A stretch of DNA of 64,000 nt from positions 186,001-250,000 of the IMG/VR virus record IMGVR_UViG_3300017963_000188; one strand, given 5' to 3'. The translations under genes and the position numbers were made by a program. The stretch's first letter is position 1; each line of letters opens with the position of its first letter. The notes below the pieces were generated by a model. It had not been told where the DNA came from. It saw nothing but the letters and a program-made list of their open reading frames with translations, and did not search any database. This document shows positions 28,801-38,897 of this stretch, one piece after another.

Positions 28801-29676
28801 ATGGCTCAAGTATCAAATGCTATGAAGCAAAAAATCATCTCTGAGTTCATCCGCACCGCTGCTGGTAGGCAAAAGCTGGCTGCTTCCATGATTCAGCCAC
28901 TGCGTACACGCAGAGATTACAGTGCGGTAGGACGTAAGACTTTCCTCGTTGAATATTTGCCGGATGGAGCTTTGGCTGTATATGATAAAGACCCAGACGT
29001 ACCGGCTTATGTCGTTGGTGAGGAAGGTGAGAACATTTTGGCTATTGTCAAGACCAGAAGGGTACAGTTCCCTCTGTTTGAAGTAGCCAGTAACCCCGAA
29101 ATTCCGTTGACCCAGGTCAAGGAGAGACGTTTCGATCTGATCGAACGTGCTCAGGATCTTGCCAAGGCTCAGATTCAGGCTGCTGAAGATGAGCGTGTCT
29201 TTGCCATTCTTGATAGCATTGCTGTCAATGGCTATGACAACATTCCTGGTCAGACCAATCCTGATCTGTTGGTGATCGCTCCCATCAACCCAGGCATTCT
29301 TGCCGATGCTTTTGGACAGGTTGAAGAGCATGATCTCCGTGTTGCTCGTATCTATATGAACGCTCGTGACTATGCGGATATCCGTAAGTTCGGTCGTGAC
29401 ATCTTGGATATCGAGTCTCAGGGAACTCTGCTCAAAACCGGTATGATGGCTACGTTGTGGGGAGCCAAGATCATCGTCTCCAGGCTTGTTCCTCGTGGTT
29501 TCGTGTATATCTGTTGTGAACCCGAACAATTTGGACGTATCCCTGTCCGTACAGAACTGACTGTTCTGTCTGCTGATGATCCAAAGGCTAGGACCATTGG
29601 ATTCTCAGTATTCGAGAATCTCGGTATCGGTGCGTACAATCCTTGGGGTCTCCAGAGGCTCGTGGTCCAGCGGTAA
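28801..29676 (+). CDS. Major capsid protein (HK97-like fold)
   Basis: GRQKLAASMIQPLR..RDY..VGRK, PLFEVASNP, IQAAED, LWGAKIIVSR. Position after protease and scaffold, higher GC than its neighbours, downstream hairpin. Confidence 0.8.
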   Translation: MAQVSNAMKQKIISEFIRTAAGRQKLAASMIQPLRTRRDYSAVGRKTFLVEYLPDGALAVYDKDPDVPAYVVGEEGENILAIVKTRRVQFPLFEVASNPEIPLTQVKERRFDLIERAQDLAKAQIQAAEDERVFAILDSIAVNGYDNIPGQTNPDLLVIAPINPGILADAFGQVEEHDLRVARIYMNARDYADIRKFGRDILDIESQGTLLKTGMMATLWGAKIIVSRLVPRGFVYICCEPEQFGRIPVRTELTVLSADDPKARTIGFSVFENLGIGAYNPWGLQRLVVQR

Positions 29677-29720
29677 CGGTTTACCCCTAAGAATCCCTTC
29701 CTAATTCTTGGGTGAAGAGA

Positions 29721-29750
29721 TGGGTGGGGGGTCGAAAGATCCCCCACCCA
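29721..29750 (+). terminator. Strong hairpin after the capsid gene (terminator or mRNA stabiliser)
   Basis: TGGGTGGGGGGTC-GAAA-GATCCCCCACCCA. The nearest U-tract is about 25 nt downstream. Confidence 0.55.
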
Positions 29751-29850
29751 GATCTGCTACTCTATATCTATATATTTTTTTCTTGATCTAATACAAATTT
29801 TCTGTAATATTGTCTGAGAGTGCTTAATACTTCCATGGAGGATCTAGAAA

Positions 29851-30822
29851 ATGTCAAGAGAAGCGAAATGTTATGTAGCTAAGGTGGGTTTCACTATTGG
29901 TGATACTGAACAGAAAATTGAAGCTGGGACTCGAATTGTTTTTGATGGTTATAGAGCTGAGATTGAAGGGGAACCTGCTGTAGTTCTTCCTAGACTCAAG
30001 ACTGTCATTAAAGCAGGATGGTTAGCTCCAGAAGGTGGTTCAGAACCTAGTTATCATCCACAGTCTGCTGATATGCAAGTTTCAGCAGCCACCCCTAATA
30101 AAAAAGATTCTAAGTTTCAAACTGTAGTTTCTGCGGTTGATGAACAAATTGTTGGTTCATTTAGAAACCGACAAGCATTACATGACAGAGCTAAAGAGCA
30201 AGCTACTGGTAGAGATCCTGTTGGTATAGAAGTTGATGAAGAAATGGGTGAGATTGCTCAGGTACGTACTATTGGCAAGAGAAATGTGGGTCGTGAAGGA
30301 GAGGTAACAGGTCGTACCTTGGTAGCTAAAGAGACTTTATCTGCTGTCAATAGAGAGATCAAGGACATTGAAGATGTTCAAGGTGAAGCCAAGACAACTT
30401 CAGTGATGCAGGAAGGGATCGTTTTTAAGCAAGAAAACATATCACCAAAAGCTGCTGGGGCACGAGAGACTGATGGTAAACAGAGTCAAATGATTGCCAC
30501 TTCTGAAGATGCTATTGAGGTAGGTAGTGTTCATGACCGTAACCGTGAAGTCAATGTTGAAGTAGAAGTTGATTCAGATGATTCTGATGATACCCCTCGT
30601 CGAGGGAGAAAGCCCAAGATAGATGATATGCTTGTGGCCACAGTCAAAAAGATGTGTCCTGAATTCCCAGAATCTTGGGATTTTTATGCATCTACAAAAG
30701 ATAAGACCGAAAGTATCAAAGAATTCTCAGAGAAACCTGATATCATCAGGGCTATCTTTTTGGCTGAGACTGATACTTTCAAGCGTGTAATTCGACAGTC
30801 TTATCCAGAAGCACTCAGTTGA
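29851..30822 (+). CDS. Hypothetical protein
   Basis: GGAGG SD, 323 aa, contains a PRRGRKPK basic patch. Confidence 0.7.
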   Translation: MSREAKCYVAKVGFTIGDTEQKIEAGTRIVFDGYRAEIEGEPAVVLPRLKTVIKAGWLAPEGGSEPSYHPQSADMQVSAATPNKKDSKFQTVVSAVDEQIVGSFRNRQALHDRAKEQATGRDPVGIEVDEEMGEIAQVRTIGKRNVGREGEVTGRTLVAKETLSAVNREIKDIEDVQGEAKTTSVMQEGIVFKQENISPKAAGARETDGKQSQMIATSEDAIEVGSVHDRNREVNVEVEVDSDDSDDTPRRGRKPKIDDMLVATVKKMCPEFPESWDFYASTKDKTESIKEFSEKPDIIRAIFLAETDTFKRVIRQSYPEALS

Positions 30823-30878
30823 TCCTCTCCTTGTTTTCCTTTTATTTTATTCTATAACAGAACTGTGATGAGGTTTCC

Positions 30879-31610
30879 ATGTGGGAATATGATTACGAGT
30901 ATCCTTCTGGTTATAGAACATTAGTAGCCCCTCCTGATTCTGACAGATCTAATGGGGGTGAAGGTGATATACTAGACATAGAGGATATGTATCGTAAACC
31001 AAAGCATTTTGATACTGTTGTGGAAAAAGATATGAGAGGTGAATTAAGTTTTTACCCAGGGCAAGGAGCGTATGAAGACCCTGTTATTATAGAACTTGAT
31101 TCAGAGGAATATCGTGATCATCTCATAGCAAATGCTGTAGTATCTAGATTTTTGTGTGAGACCTCTCCTTTAATATTGAGTCCTAAATATCATTCAAGTA
31201 GAATTGCTGTGACCATGAAAGATATTGAGGGGCGGTTGTCTAGGGATGTGAAAAACAAGGCTAGGAGTTGTCGTACCAGATTACGCAGATCTATGCCTAA
31301 AAACAATAGATATACTTTTGAGGTACAATCAAGAGGTGGTCAGGGTACTCATGTAGTGACTGTGAAGGCTGAAGCAAAAGATAGAAGGATCAAAAATCTA
31401 GATAAAGCTGACCTTAAATTGTCTTGTTCTTGTCCATTTTGGATCTATTATGGGCCAGAGTACCATGCTCGAAGAGGTGGTTATTTAGATGGCAATTCAA
31501 AAGGAACTGCAACACCTCCTCGTATCAGAGATCCAAAGGGTAACAATTTGGTGTGTAAGCATGTTTATGCTGTGTTTGACTTAGTGAAAAATTATTCATA
31601 TAGGTGGTGA
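30879..31610 (+). CDS. SWIM-type zinc-finger protein
   Basis: LSCSCPFW...VCKHVYAV (CxC...CxH). Confidence 0.7.
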   Translation: MWEYDYEYPSGYRTLVAPPDSDRSNGGEGDILDIEDMYRKPKHFDTVVEKDMRGELSFYPGQGAYEDPVIIELDSEEYRDHLIANAVVSRFLCETSPLILSPKYHSSRIAVTMKDIEGRLSRDVKNKARSCRTRLRRSMPKNNRYTFEVQSRGGQGTHVVTVKAEAKDRRIKNLDKADLKLSCSCPFWIYYGPEYHARRGGYLDGNSKGTATPPRIRDPKGNNLVCKHVYAVFDLVKNYSYRW

Positions 31611-31613
31611 CCT

Positions 31614-32042
31614 ATGATCTATACTTTTGAATGTGAATGTGGGGAAATGACAAAGAAGAATCTTTCCGTTGAAGAAAGAGATTCTGAAATATTATGTAGC
31701 TGTGGGAATCAGATGGATCGAGTCTTTAACCCTGGCTCAGTGAATTTTTCGTTGAAAGGTTGGGGTTGGACCGGCAGGGATTGGAAAGAGAAAAGGGCAC
31801 GGGAGCAACGATCTGTGGATATGGCTCTCAAACAAAATGAGAGGTATGGAGAAGGGGCAAAGTTGGTTCCTAATTATAAAGGGCAAAAGGCTGATTCTTG
31901 GGAACAGGTGAGAGATCAAGCAGTCATGGAGAAGGGTTCTCAGGTTGCAGCTCAGTATCAACCTTTGATTGAAAAAGAACGGTCTGGTCCAAGATCAAAA
32001 AATGAGGTTATTGACAAGACCGTTAAAGACATGAGGAGTTAG
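31614..32042 (+). CDS. FmdB-family zinc-ribbon protein
   Basis: IYTFECECG...CSCG.QMDRV...FSLKG.GW. Confidence 0.75.
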   Translation: MIYTFECECGEMTKKNLSVEERDSEILCSCGNQMDRVFNPGSVNFSLKGWGWTGRDWKEKRAREQRSVDMALKQNERYGEGAKLVPNYKGQKADSWEQVRDQAVMEKGSQVAAQYQPLIEKERSGPRSKNEVIDKTVKDMRS

Positions 32043-32044
32043 AA

Positions 32045-32683
32045 ATGCCATTCCGACATATGATTAGCATAAGGAAAAGAGCGAAAGACCTTGTTGATAT
32101 ATTGATTGATAATCAAGAAGGGAATCCTTCTTTTACTTTAGAATTTTGTCAAGAGCTTCAAGGATCGTATGGGGATACTATCCAAATACCACAGTTTACT
32201 GGTGGAAAGTCAGATTCAATTACTCATGCAGTGGCTTATACTGGTCATGGTCTTCCAAAAAATGTAACACGTTTTATTTTCAATCCTGCTGATGTTTCAA
32301 TGGATGATGAATCAGTATTTTGGATTGAGTTGACTGTAGATGGTGGTCCTGCCGCTGGTACTCAGCTTCCATTTCCAATCATTTCCCCTATTTATAGAGA
32401 TCGGTCAAATTTCATTGTGGAAGGTACCGCTCCTACTGGTGGTATAGAAGTTTTATTGCCATGTGTTTCTGATGAGATCTTCATCCAAAACACAGGTCTC
32501 ACACCACAAATGTTTGTGAAATATGAAGAAAATGGTGGTGAATTTGTTGTTCCAGCTCTAGGTGCAAATGAGCCCCCAGCTTATCCTGAGAAAAATATTT
32601 CTAGAGTTTTCATGCGTGGTGATGGTGCTACAGCTAGTTTTACATTAAAAGCTAATCTGAATCACGCTCCTTCATATTGGTAA
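32045..32683 (+). CDS. Putative virion structural protein
   Basis: Beta-rich 212-aa protein in the structural cluster. Confidence 0.5.
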   Translation: MPFRHMISIRKRAKDLVDILIDNQEGNPSFTLEFCQELQGSYGDTIQIPQFTGGKSDSITHAVAYTGHGLPKNVTRFIFNPADVSMDDESVFWIELTVDGGPAAGTQLPFPIISPIYRDRSNFIVEGTAPTGGIEVLLPCVSDEIFIQNTGLTPQMFVKYEENGGEFVVPALGANEPPAYPEKNISRVFMRGDGATASFTLKANLNHAPSYW

Positions 32684-32762
32684 TCTACTTTTTCCATTAT
32701 GCTTTTATAACATCCCTATTTAGAGTGGATTTGTGTGTCCACTCTAGGAGGAAAGAAATGTT

Positions 32763-33050
32763 ATGCCTCTTTGTCGAGTCGGATCTGCCCTTAATACGGA
32801 TAGGTTCAAATATGGCATTCCATTAATTGGTGATGTGAATGGAGTTAATGTGATGTATCTAACACCAGATGTATTTGAGCCAACTTCATTAAGGGTACAC
32901 TATAATGGTCAAAAACTTCATGAAGGAGCTGTTGAAGATTACACTATCTCTGAAAGTGGTGGGGTAGGTACAGGTTATGATACTGTGACTTTGAACTTTG
33001 CTCCTTTTGGAGATGACAGAGTAACTGCAAATTATATAACTGCTATTTAG
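32763..33050 (+). CDS. Small beta-rich virion protein
   Basis: GDVNGVN...SLRVHYNGQKL...DYTI...APFGDDRVTANY, a domain type common in virion proteins. Confidence 0.55.
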   Translation: MPLCRVGSALNTDRFKYGIPLIGDVNGVNVMYLTPDVFEPTSLRVHYNGQKLHEGAVEDYTISESGGVGTGYDTVTLNFAPFGDDRVTANYITAI

Positions 33051-33084
33051 CGTTGGTTAAAAAACTTTTTTTGGAGGTTTAGAA

Positions 33085-35022
33085 ATGGGTAGAACATATA
33101 TCAGGCAAGTCACTCAGATCAATCCATCTGATACCTATGATGATACTATTGCTCCAGGATCAACTTTGGAGACAAACCCAAGTAACATTGAGGATGATCT
33201 GAATGGTCTTCGTTCTATGCTCAAGAGAGTCTTGTATTACACAGAGAGTGGTAATTGGTATGATGAAGTGCCAACAATAAATACCAAGACCAGAGGTATA
33301 TACCAAATTGCCACACATCTTGATGCTTTAGAGGAACACAAGTTCCTCTTTAGAGCACAGGTGCTTACTGACATTACTGTCCCTGCAAGTGTTGTTCCTA
33401 CAGGTTCTATTACTACAGTAGCAAAAGCTAATCTTTCTGATGGTGAAACTTTTGTTATTAGTGATGGTACTAATCCTGCTGTGACATTCTACTTTGATGT
33501 TACTGGCACATACACTCCAGGAAGTGGTTATGATGCAACTAACATTCGAGTAAATGTAAGTGGTGACACTACAGCAGATGATGTTCGAGATACTTGCATT
33601 GCAGCTATTGATGGTGTTGGTGCTGGACTCTTGGTAGATGCTTCAAATGGTGGTGCTGCTACTGTAACCCTTACACATGATCAGGGTGGTAGTGCTGGTA
33701 ACCAGACAGTTACTGAAACAGTTTCAGATGCTGGTTTTGCAGTTTCAGGGCTTACTGGTGGTGCTGGTGATCATGTTACTTTGAGCCAGGCTAGTAGTGA
33801 AACACCTACTGAGACAGCGGCTGTCAATGCAGGAACTGCAAATGGTTGTGTTGTTGCTACATTATCTGGTGATGTTGGAAGCCATGACCTTGCTGAAGTC
33901 TCTGGTGTTAATACTATCAACCCCAAAAACTTAGTAGTTATCAGGGACGCTACTACTGGAGACCCAATTCTTTCTAATCAAAAAGAAATTCTTGGGTTGT
34001 TGCAAACTGAAACTGGGGTTACAGATGGTACTGCCTTTAATGACAGTACAGCACAGGTACAGATTTCATTTGTAGTTGAGAATGGTACTGCTGATGATCT
34101 TATCCCTTGTGATGCTGCTGATATTGGTGGTAAATCTGTTAATTACAGTTATGTACGTCGATTGAATCTTGATTCTTTGCCAGAACAAGCATTCTTAACA
34201 GGTGTGTTTACAGATGTAAGTGCCTCTGTTGATGTTACTCTTGATAATGCTATTGACAATCAAGCTGGACCAGCAACACAGATTCAGAATATTGATTGGC
34301 GTATCTCTGATACTTATACTCTTGATTTCCAAACCAGTGACGGTGGTGTAGACCTTTTGAGTATTAAGCCTAATGCTGCTGGTGATGAAATTGAGTTAAA
34401 TGTAGATGACCTTGATATAAACAATGTCAACACAGCCGACTTTGCACAAGGAGCTGCATTTGACACTGGTGGCACCACTATCAATGTAGGTGATACCGCT
34501 GGTCAGATTGATTCTGCTGCTGGTCTGACTCTGGCTTCAGGTGGTGCTGGAGATGTCAAACTTGATTCTGTGAATGAGATCCTTTTTGATGATGGGTATC
34601 GTTCAGGATCTACATTCAGTGTGGATCTTAAATTGGCTGCAAATTCTACTGAATGGGATAATTACGAAACAGCTTTTGGTGAAGTGTCATTGCTGAATGC
34701 TATTGTTCAAGCTTCTACAGCAGCAGATACTGAGAAGACTGTTGCAGTAGTTACAGCAGCTACGATTGCTGCTAATACAAATGTGACAGGAGCTGGTGGA
34801 TCACCAAATATTGATGCTCAACTTTCTGATTATTCAACCTATACATTTGTAACCGATGTTGATATATATTTGAATGGTGTGCTGATGCGTAATGGTGCTG
34901 ATGCAGCAGCAAATCATGATGTATACCCAGGTGATGCACCAGCTAATGGGGATCTGAAATTTGAGTTTGCATTGACAGGTTCTCCTGGTAATCCTGATGT
35001 TATCACAATGATTATCAGGTAG
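33085..35022 (+). CDS. Large virion accessory or fibre-like protein
   Basis: 645 aa, rich in T/G/A/D, with C-terminal IYLNGVLM..G..HDVY. GGAGG SD. Confidence 0.6.
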   Translation: MGRTYIRQVTQINPSDTYDDTIAPGSTLETNPSNIEDDLNGLRSMLKRVLYYTESGNWYDEVPTINTKTRGIYQIATHLDALEEHKFLFRAQVLTDITVPASVVPTGSITTVAKANLSDGETFVISDGTNPAVTFYFDVTGTYTPGSGYDATNIRVNVSGDTTADDVRDTCIAAIDGVGAGLLVDASNGGAATVTLTHDQGGSAGNQTVTETVSDAGFAVSGLTGGAGDHVTLSQASSETPTETAAVNAGTANGCVVATLSGDVGSHDLAEVSGVNTINPKNLVVIRDATTGDPILSNQKEILGLLQTETGVTDGTAFNDSTAQVQISFVVENGTADDLIPCDAADIGGKSVNYSYVRRLNLDSLPEQAFLTGVFTDVSASVDVTLDNAIDNQAGPATQIQNIDWRISDTYTLDFQTSDGGVDLLSIKPNAAGDEIELNVDDLDINNVNTADFAQGAAFDTGGTTINVGDTAGQIDSAAGLTLASGGAGDVKLDSVNEILFDDGYRSGSTFSVDLKLAANSTEWDNYETAFGEVSLLNAIVQASTAADTEKTVAVVTAATIAANTNVTGAGGSPNIDAQLSDYSTYTFVTDVDIYLNGVLMRNGADAAANHDVYPGDAPANGDLKFEFALTGSPGNPDVITMIIR

Positions 35023-35068
35023 TATCAACTAATATATATGTAGCTAAAAACAACTAGAGGAGATGTAG

Positions 35069-35671
35069 ATGAATGTAGAAAAGTCAGAACTGAAGATGTT
35101 GATTACCAAAGAGGTTGGTAAGAGACTAAGTGCTCAGGAGGAAGCTGCAAAACAAGAGCTGTATCGTAATGACGGTGCTATTGGTGCTTTGAAGCAAGGT
35201 ATAGAAAAGTTAGAAAATCATAAGGGATACTATAAGAAGAAGTTAATGGGTGAAGAAATGTCACCTGAAGAGCATACTATGGTGGTGACAGCTATAGATC
35301 AGTGTAAAGGTATCCTTACCAATTTGTCAGATGCAGCTTTTATCAATAAACAGATTAAACAGGGAGAAGTGTTAGCCTTTGGTAAAAGTGAGAATATTCT
35401 TTCTTCAATGCATGAAGAAGAACGGGCAAAATTAGAAACTCTCTATAAAGCCATCGAAGATGGTACTATAACTCCAGATAGTGATGGTTCTGTGCGTCCT
35501 TCTTTACAAGCTGCACGAGGGAAATCAGTGGTGGCTGACCTCAATGAGCGTAGAGCCAAAGCAGCAAAAGAAAAAGCTGAAAAGAAAGAAGGTGCTGCCA
35601 AGAAAGCAACTAAAGCAGCTACTAAGAAAACCGAGGCTTCAAAGAAGCGAGGGAGACCTAAAAAGTCTTAG
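35069..35671 (+). CDS. Coiled-coil protein with K/A-rich tail and AT-hook-like end
   Basis: Helical core followed by KKATKAATKK...KKRGRPKK. Confidence 0.65.
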   Translation: MNVEKSELKMLITKEVGKRLSAQEEAAKQELYRNDGAIGALKQGIEKLENHKGYYKKKLMGEEMSPEEHTMVVTAIDQCKGILTNLSDAAFINKQIKQGEVLAFGKSENILSSMHEEERAKLETLYKAIEDGTITPDSDGSVRPSLQAARGKSVVADLNERRAKAAKEKAEKKEGAAKKATKAATKKTEASKKRGRPKKS

Positions 35672-35691
35672 ATAGAATAGGATGAAGGGAT

Positions 35692-36180
35692 ATGCCTCGA
35701 ACTCCAGATAGAGTGTACGGACCTTCACTGGAGGAAGAGACTCGATACGATGAGCAAACTGAAGATCCTACAGAAGAAGGTGCTGTACGATATGTAAGTG
35801 GAGCCTTTAAGCTCAAAGACAGCCTGGGTATATACAATCCTCGTACTGGTGGGAGTGGTATAACTGAGGCAGAACATAAAGTTCTAAGGCAGTTAATCCA
35901 CTTTATAGACAATGGTCCTGCTGAGGGTTTTGTGTCAGGGGCATATAGAGAAATCCTTCCCTCTGCCGATCCTTTTCCCACCTCAGAGATATGGTGGGAA
36001 TCCTCCTCAAAAACTAAGAAGATAGTTGAACTTACCATTACTCGAAATGCTAATAAAATACCAACTGCTGAGGAGTGGAAAGTATATGATACTGATGGTT
36101 CTACAGTATTGGCTACTGTAACAGATACTATATCGTATACTGGTATTTTTGAGACTTCCAGAACGAGGGCAATAACATGA
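35692..36180 (+). CDS. Putative virion structural protein
   Basis: 162 aa in the accessory structural block. Confidence 0.55.
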   Translation: MPRTPDRVYGPSLEEETRYDEQTEDPTEEGAVRYVSGAFKLKDSLGIYNPRTGGSGITEAEHKVLRQLIHFIDNGPAEGFVSGAYREILPSADPFPTSEIWWESSSKTKKIVELTITRNANKIPTAEEWKVYDTDGSTVLATVTDTISYTGIFETSRTRAIT

Positions 36181-37166
36181 GTCGTAGCCCTGCTGTGATA
36201 TTATATGATAGTGCTGCTCATCCAGTAGGGGTTGAGTTGGATGGTTCAATTTATCGCCTTCAGACCCAAACCAAATTAGCTACAGGTCATGGTTTAGCGA
36301 CAGAAGCTAAACAAGATGTTTTGGAAGCCTCTCTCACGTCAATTGAAGGGGATACCGATAATCTTGACGTAGCTCTTTCATCTCGTGCCTCAGAATCAAC
36401 TGCTGACCTGATTCGAGCAAAGACAGATAATCTTGATGTAGCATTATCTACACGTACAAAGCCGAGTGACCTCCAAAAAACAGTGTTGCATGATGGGTCC
36501 GGTAATCCTGTCGGTATCATTCTTGATGGTGCTGTATATCGTTTGCAATCAGAATCAAAAATAGCAAAAGGATCTTCTGATTTAGTGTCTCTAGATGCCA
36601 TTGACACAATCAGTGGGCAGGGTAGGCTGAAAGCAACATTGTATTCACTCGGAGGTGAGCCCATAGCGTTCACTTCTGCACCACCAGACCCATCCTCAAT
36701 CAGAAATTCATATGTGCTTAACGGAAGCAATGATTCGTTGCTAGTGGATGGGAGTGTTACACCTGTTGAATTTACATATGAAGCAGATTCAACATATGAT
36801 ATTTCTCTGCAAGAGATGAAACTCACCATAGCATCAAATTCTATTACCTTCGGCAATGGTTACTTTGGTGCTGTATCAGGACCATTGACCAATGGTGTAT
36901 TGGTTCAAATAACAGCAGGTGGTAATACTGGGACAGTGATCAATATACAGCAGAATGAGGGTTTTGTGAATTTTGCATCCCCCGGTGGTTTTCAATGGGT
37001 CGTGAGCAGTAAAGATTTGCTGTCTACAACCTGGTTAATTGGTGGGGGGTTGAGGTTATATGCAGGAACATCGGATAGAGTTTCTGTTACGGTAAGAGAT
37101 GATATTGATTCTGCTGGGGTGTATTTTAGATGTTTTGTTAAGGGTAATTTACTTCCATCAGTGTGA
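36177..37166 (+). CDS. Putative virion protein with internal repeats
   Basis: Duplicated PVG..LDG..YRLQ and TDNLDVALS.R motifs, then a beta-rich C-terminal domain. Confidence 0.6.
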   Translation: MSRSPAVILYDSAAHPVGVELDGSIYRLQTQTKLATGHGLATEAKQDVLEASLTSIEGDTDNLDVALSSRASESTADLIRAKTDNLDVALSTRTKPSDLQKTVLHDGSGNPVGIILDGAVYRLQSESKIAKGSSDLVSLDAIDTISGQGRLKATLYSLGGEPIAFTSAPPDPSSIRNSYVLNGSNDSLLVDGSVTPVEFTYEADSTYDISLQEMKLTIASNSITFGNGYFGAVSGPLTNGVLVQITAGGNTGTVINIQQNEGFVNFASPGGFQWVVSSKDLLSTTWLIGGGLRLYAGTSDRVSVTVRDDIDSAGVYFRCFVKGNLLPSV

Positions 37167-37173
37167 GATAGTA

Positions 37174-38160
37174 ATGCCGATTAATACTGTTGTGATTAAC
37201 AATTTGAATCTTGAGCGTTCTAAGTTCAAACGTCTCGATAATGGCTCCGAAGAGATGGCTATTAATGGTGCTGCTCAAGGTACACCTACAGTAATTTGGA
37301 ATGGAACTGGTGCTGGAGATACTGGTGGTGATTGGGATCACGAGGCACAAGGAACAGAAACAGCAGAGTCAAAATATTCTGGGACAAATGGTCTTGATAG
37401 TGGTGAAAGGTCAGCCGGACAAGAGACAAGATTTGATTATGGGGAGAATCAAGACATAGCTGGGACATATGATACCTTGACTTTCTGGATGCAGCCCAAA
37501 GCCTATCCTGTAGGTTCAAATTTCAAGATTCTATTTAGAACCAGTGGGGGTTCTAATCCTGGTAATGTCCTTTATGTTGCTGATTATATTGATAACTTTG
37601 ATCTGGATATTTGGCAGCAAGTTAATATTCCAATAGCAGATTTTGATCTCGTAAATGATGTTGCTAAGTTAGTTTTCATTTATGCCTCTCAAGGTGGTCA
37701 GCATTTCTGGTTTGATGATATTGAGCTGAATAGTAGTGGTGGGGGAGGTCCTTATACGTTCAGAATCTCAGCACCTAGCACAGAAATATATCATGTAGAT
37801 TCAATGAAACTTATCGTGGTTTCTGGTACTTCTGGCTGGAATTCAAATTCTTTTGCAGATATTACAAGTGGTTTAGCAAATGGTGTTTTGATTCGACATC
37901 TAGATACTGAACCAGAAGAAGACCAAACTTTGTGGTCTTTCACTATGAAGACGAATGTAGACCTTTTTGGGTATCTACGTCCAGTAGATGATATGGTATT
38001 TTCGGATAATACTCAGATGTTTGTTTTTCTGCTAAAACCCGAGATAGCTACAGTGCATATAACTGATAAAAAAGTTCTTGATATTGTGATTCGAGACAAT
38101 CTTTCAAGTTTAACTAAGATGAGAGCTTTTCTTCATTATGGTGTGGAGGTGATTGAATGA
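37174..38160 (+). CDS. Virion protein with carbohydrate-binding (galactose-binding-like) domain
   Basis: YDTLTFWM...WQQVNIPIADF...FWFDDIEL CBM-like signature. Start moved to MPINT (37174). Confidence 0.55.
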   Translation: MPINTVVINNLNLERSKFKRLDNGSEEMAINGAAQGTPTVIWNGTGAGDTGGDWDHEAQGTETAESKYSGTNGLDSGERSAGQETRFDYGENQDIAGTYDTLTFWMQPKAYPVGSNFKILFRTSGGSNPGNVLYVADYIDNFDLDIWQQVNIPIADFDLVNDVAKLVFIYASQGGQHFWFDDIELNSSGGGGPYTFRISAPSTEIYHVDSMKLIVVSGTSGWNSNSFADITSGLANGVLIRHLDTEPEEDQTLWSFTMKTNVDLFGYLRPVDDMVFSDNTQMFVFLLKPEIATVHITDKKVLDIVIRDNLSSLTKMRAFLHYGVEVIE

Positions 38161-38888
38161 TAGATCTCAGAAATCCTCCACGGTTTTCAGATGGGAAACC
38201 ACATTACGTCCCAGATATCTTTCCGTCTGGGATGGTAAGTAATTATACTGGTGTAAGTGATGATGTGTCTAATGGAGTGAAATTTGCTGGTACTGAATTC
38301 TCAAAAGCATATGTTATGGGTGGTAGTGACAGCATTGAGTTTCAATTCATTGAATGGTCTTACCTAGCTGGTGGTATGGTTTTCTATGATGGTGGTAAGC
38401 CAGGTGATAAGGTCTCATTTAGTATTTATGCTCCAGCTACTGTAGGGACTTCTAATCCAGGAGCCGGTAATTATTTGAAATATGAGATAGCTCCAAATAC
38501 ACATGTTTATATACCATATCCCAATGGTGGTTGGGATTTGGATCTGTCTGAAAAATTAAATGGTAATGTAACTTTTACTAAAGTGGTTCCAGTACCAGCT
38601 CCTGGTAATAATACAGGATGGTTTGATTGGGACCCAGATACAGAAACAGTATCAATTAATGTAACTGGAAAAGGAGGGTATAATCTGATTGATCAGCCTA
38701 TATCATTAGCTACTTTTGTATCAAAAATACCTTTAATTGGAAATGGTGAAGTGCCTCTTGTTATTCCGGCTGTTAAGCCTATGCGGGTACTTGCTCATTG
38801 GATACATAAAGTTGTGATAGTCAATAATTCAGATAAGGCTCTTGATGTAGGTTGGATTTTGTATCTGGGTAAGAAAAATGCCGTATAG
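38157..38888 (+). CDS. Putative virion structural protein
   Basis: ATGA-coupled, Gly/aromatic beta-rich, 243 aa. Confidence 0.55.
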   Translation: MIDLRNPPRFSDGKPHYVPDIFPSGMVSNYTGVSDDVSNGVKFAGTEFSKAYVMGGSDSIEFQFIEWSYLAGGMVFYDGGKPGDKVSFSIYAPATVGTSNPGAGNYLKYEIAPNTHVYIPYPNGGWDLDLSEKLNGNVTFTKVVPVPAPGNNTGWFDWDPDTETVSINVTGKGGYNLIDQPISLATFVSKIPLIGNGEVPLVIPAVKPMRVLAHWIHKVVIVNNSDKALDVGWILYLGKKNAV

Positions 38889-38897
38889 GAGTTTGGT

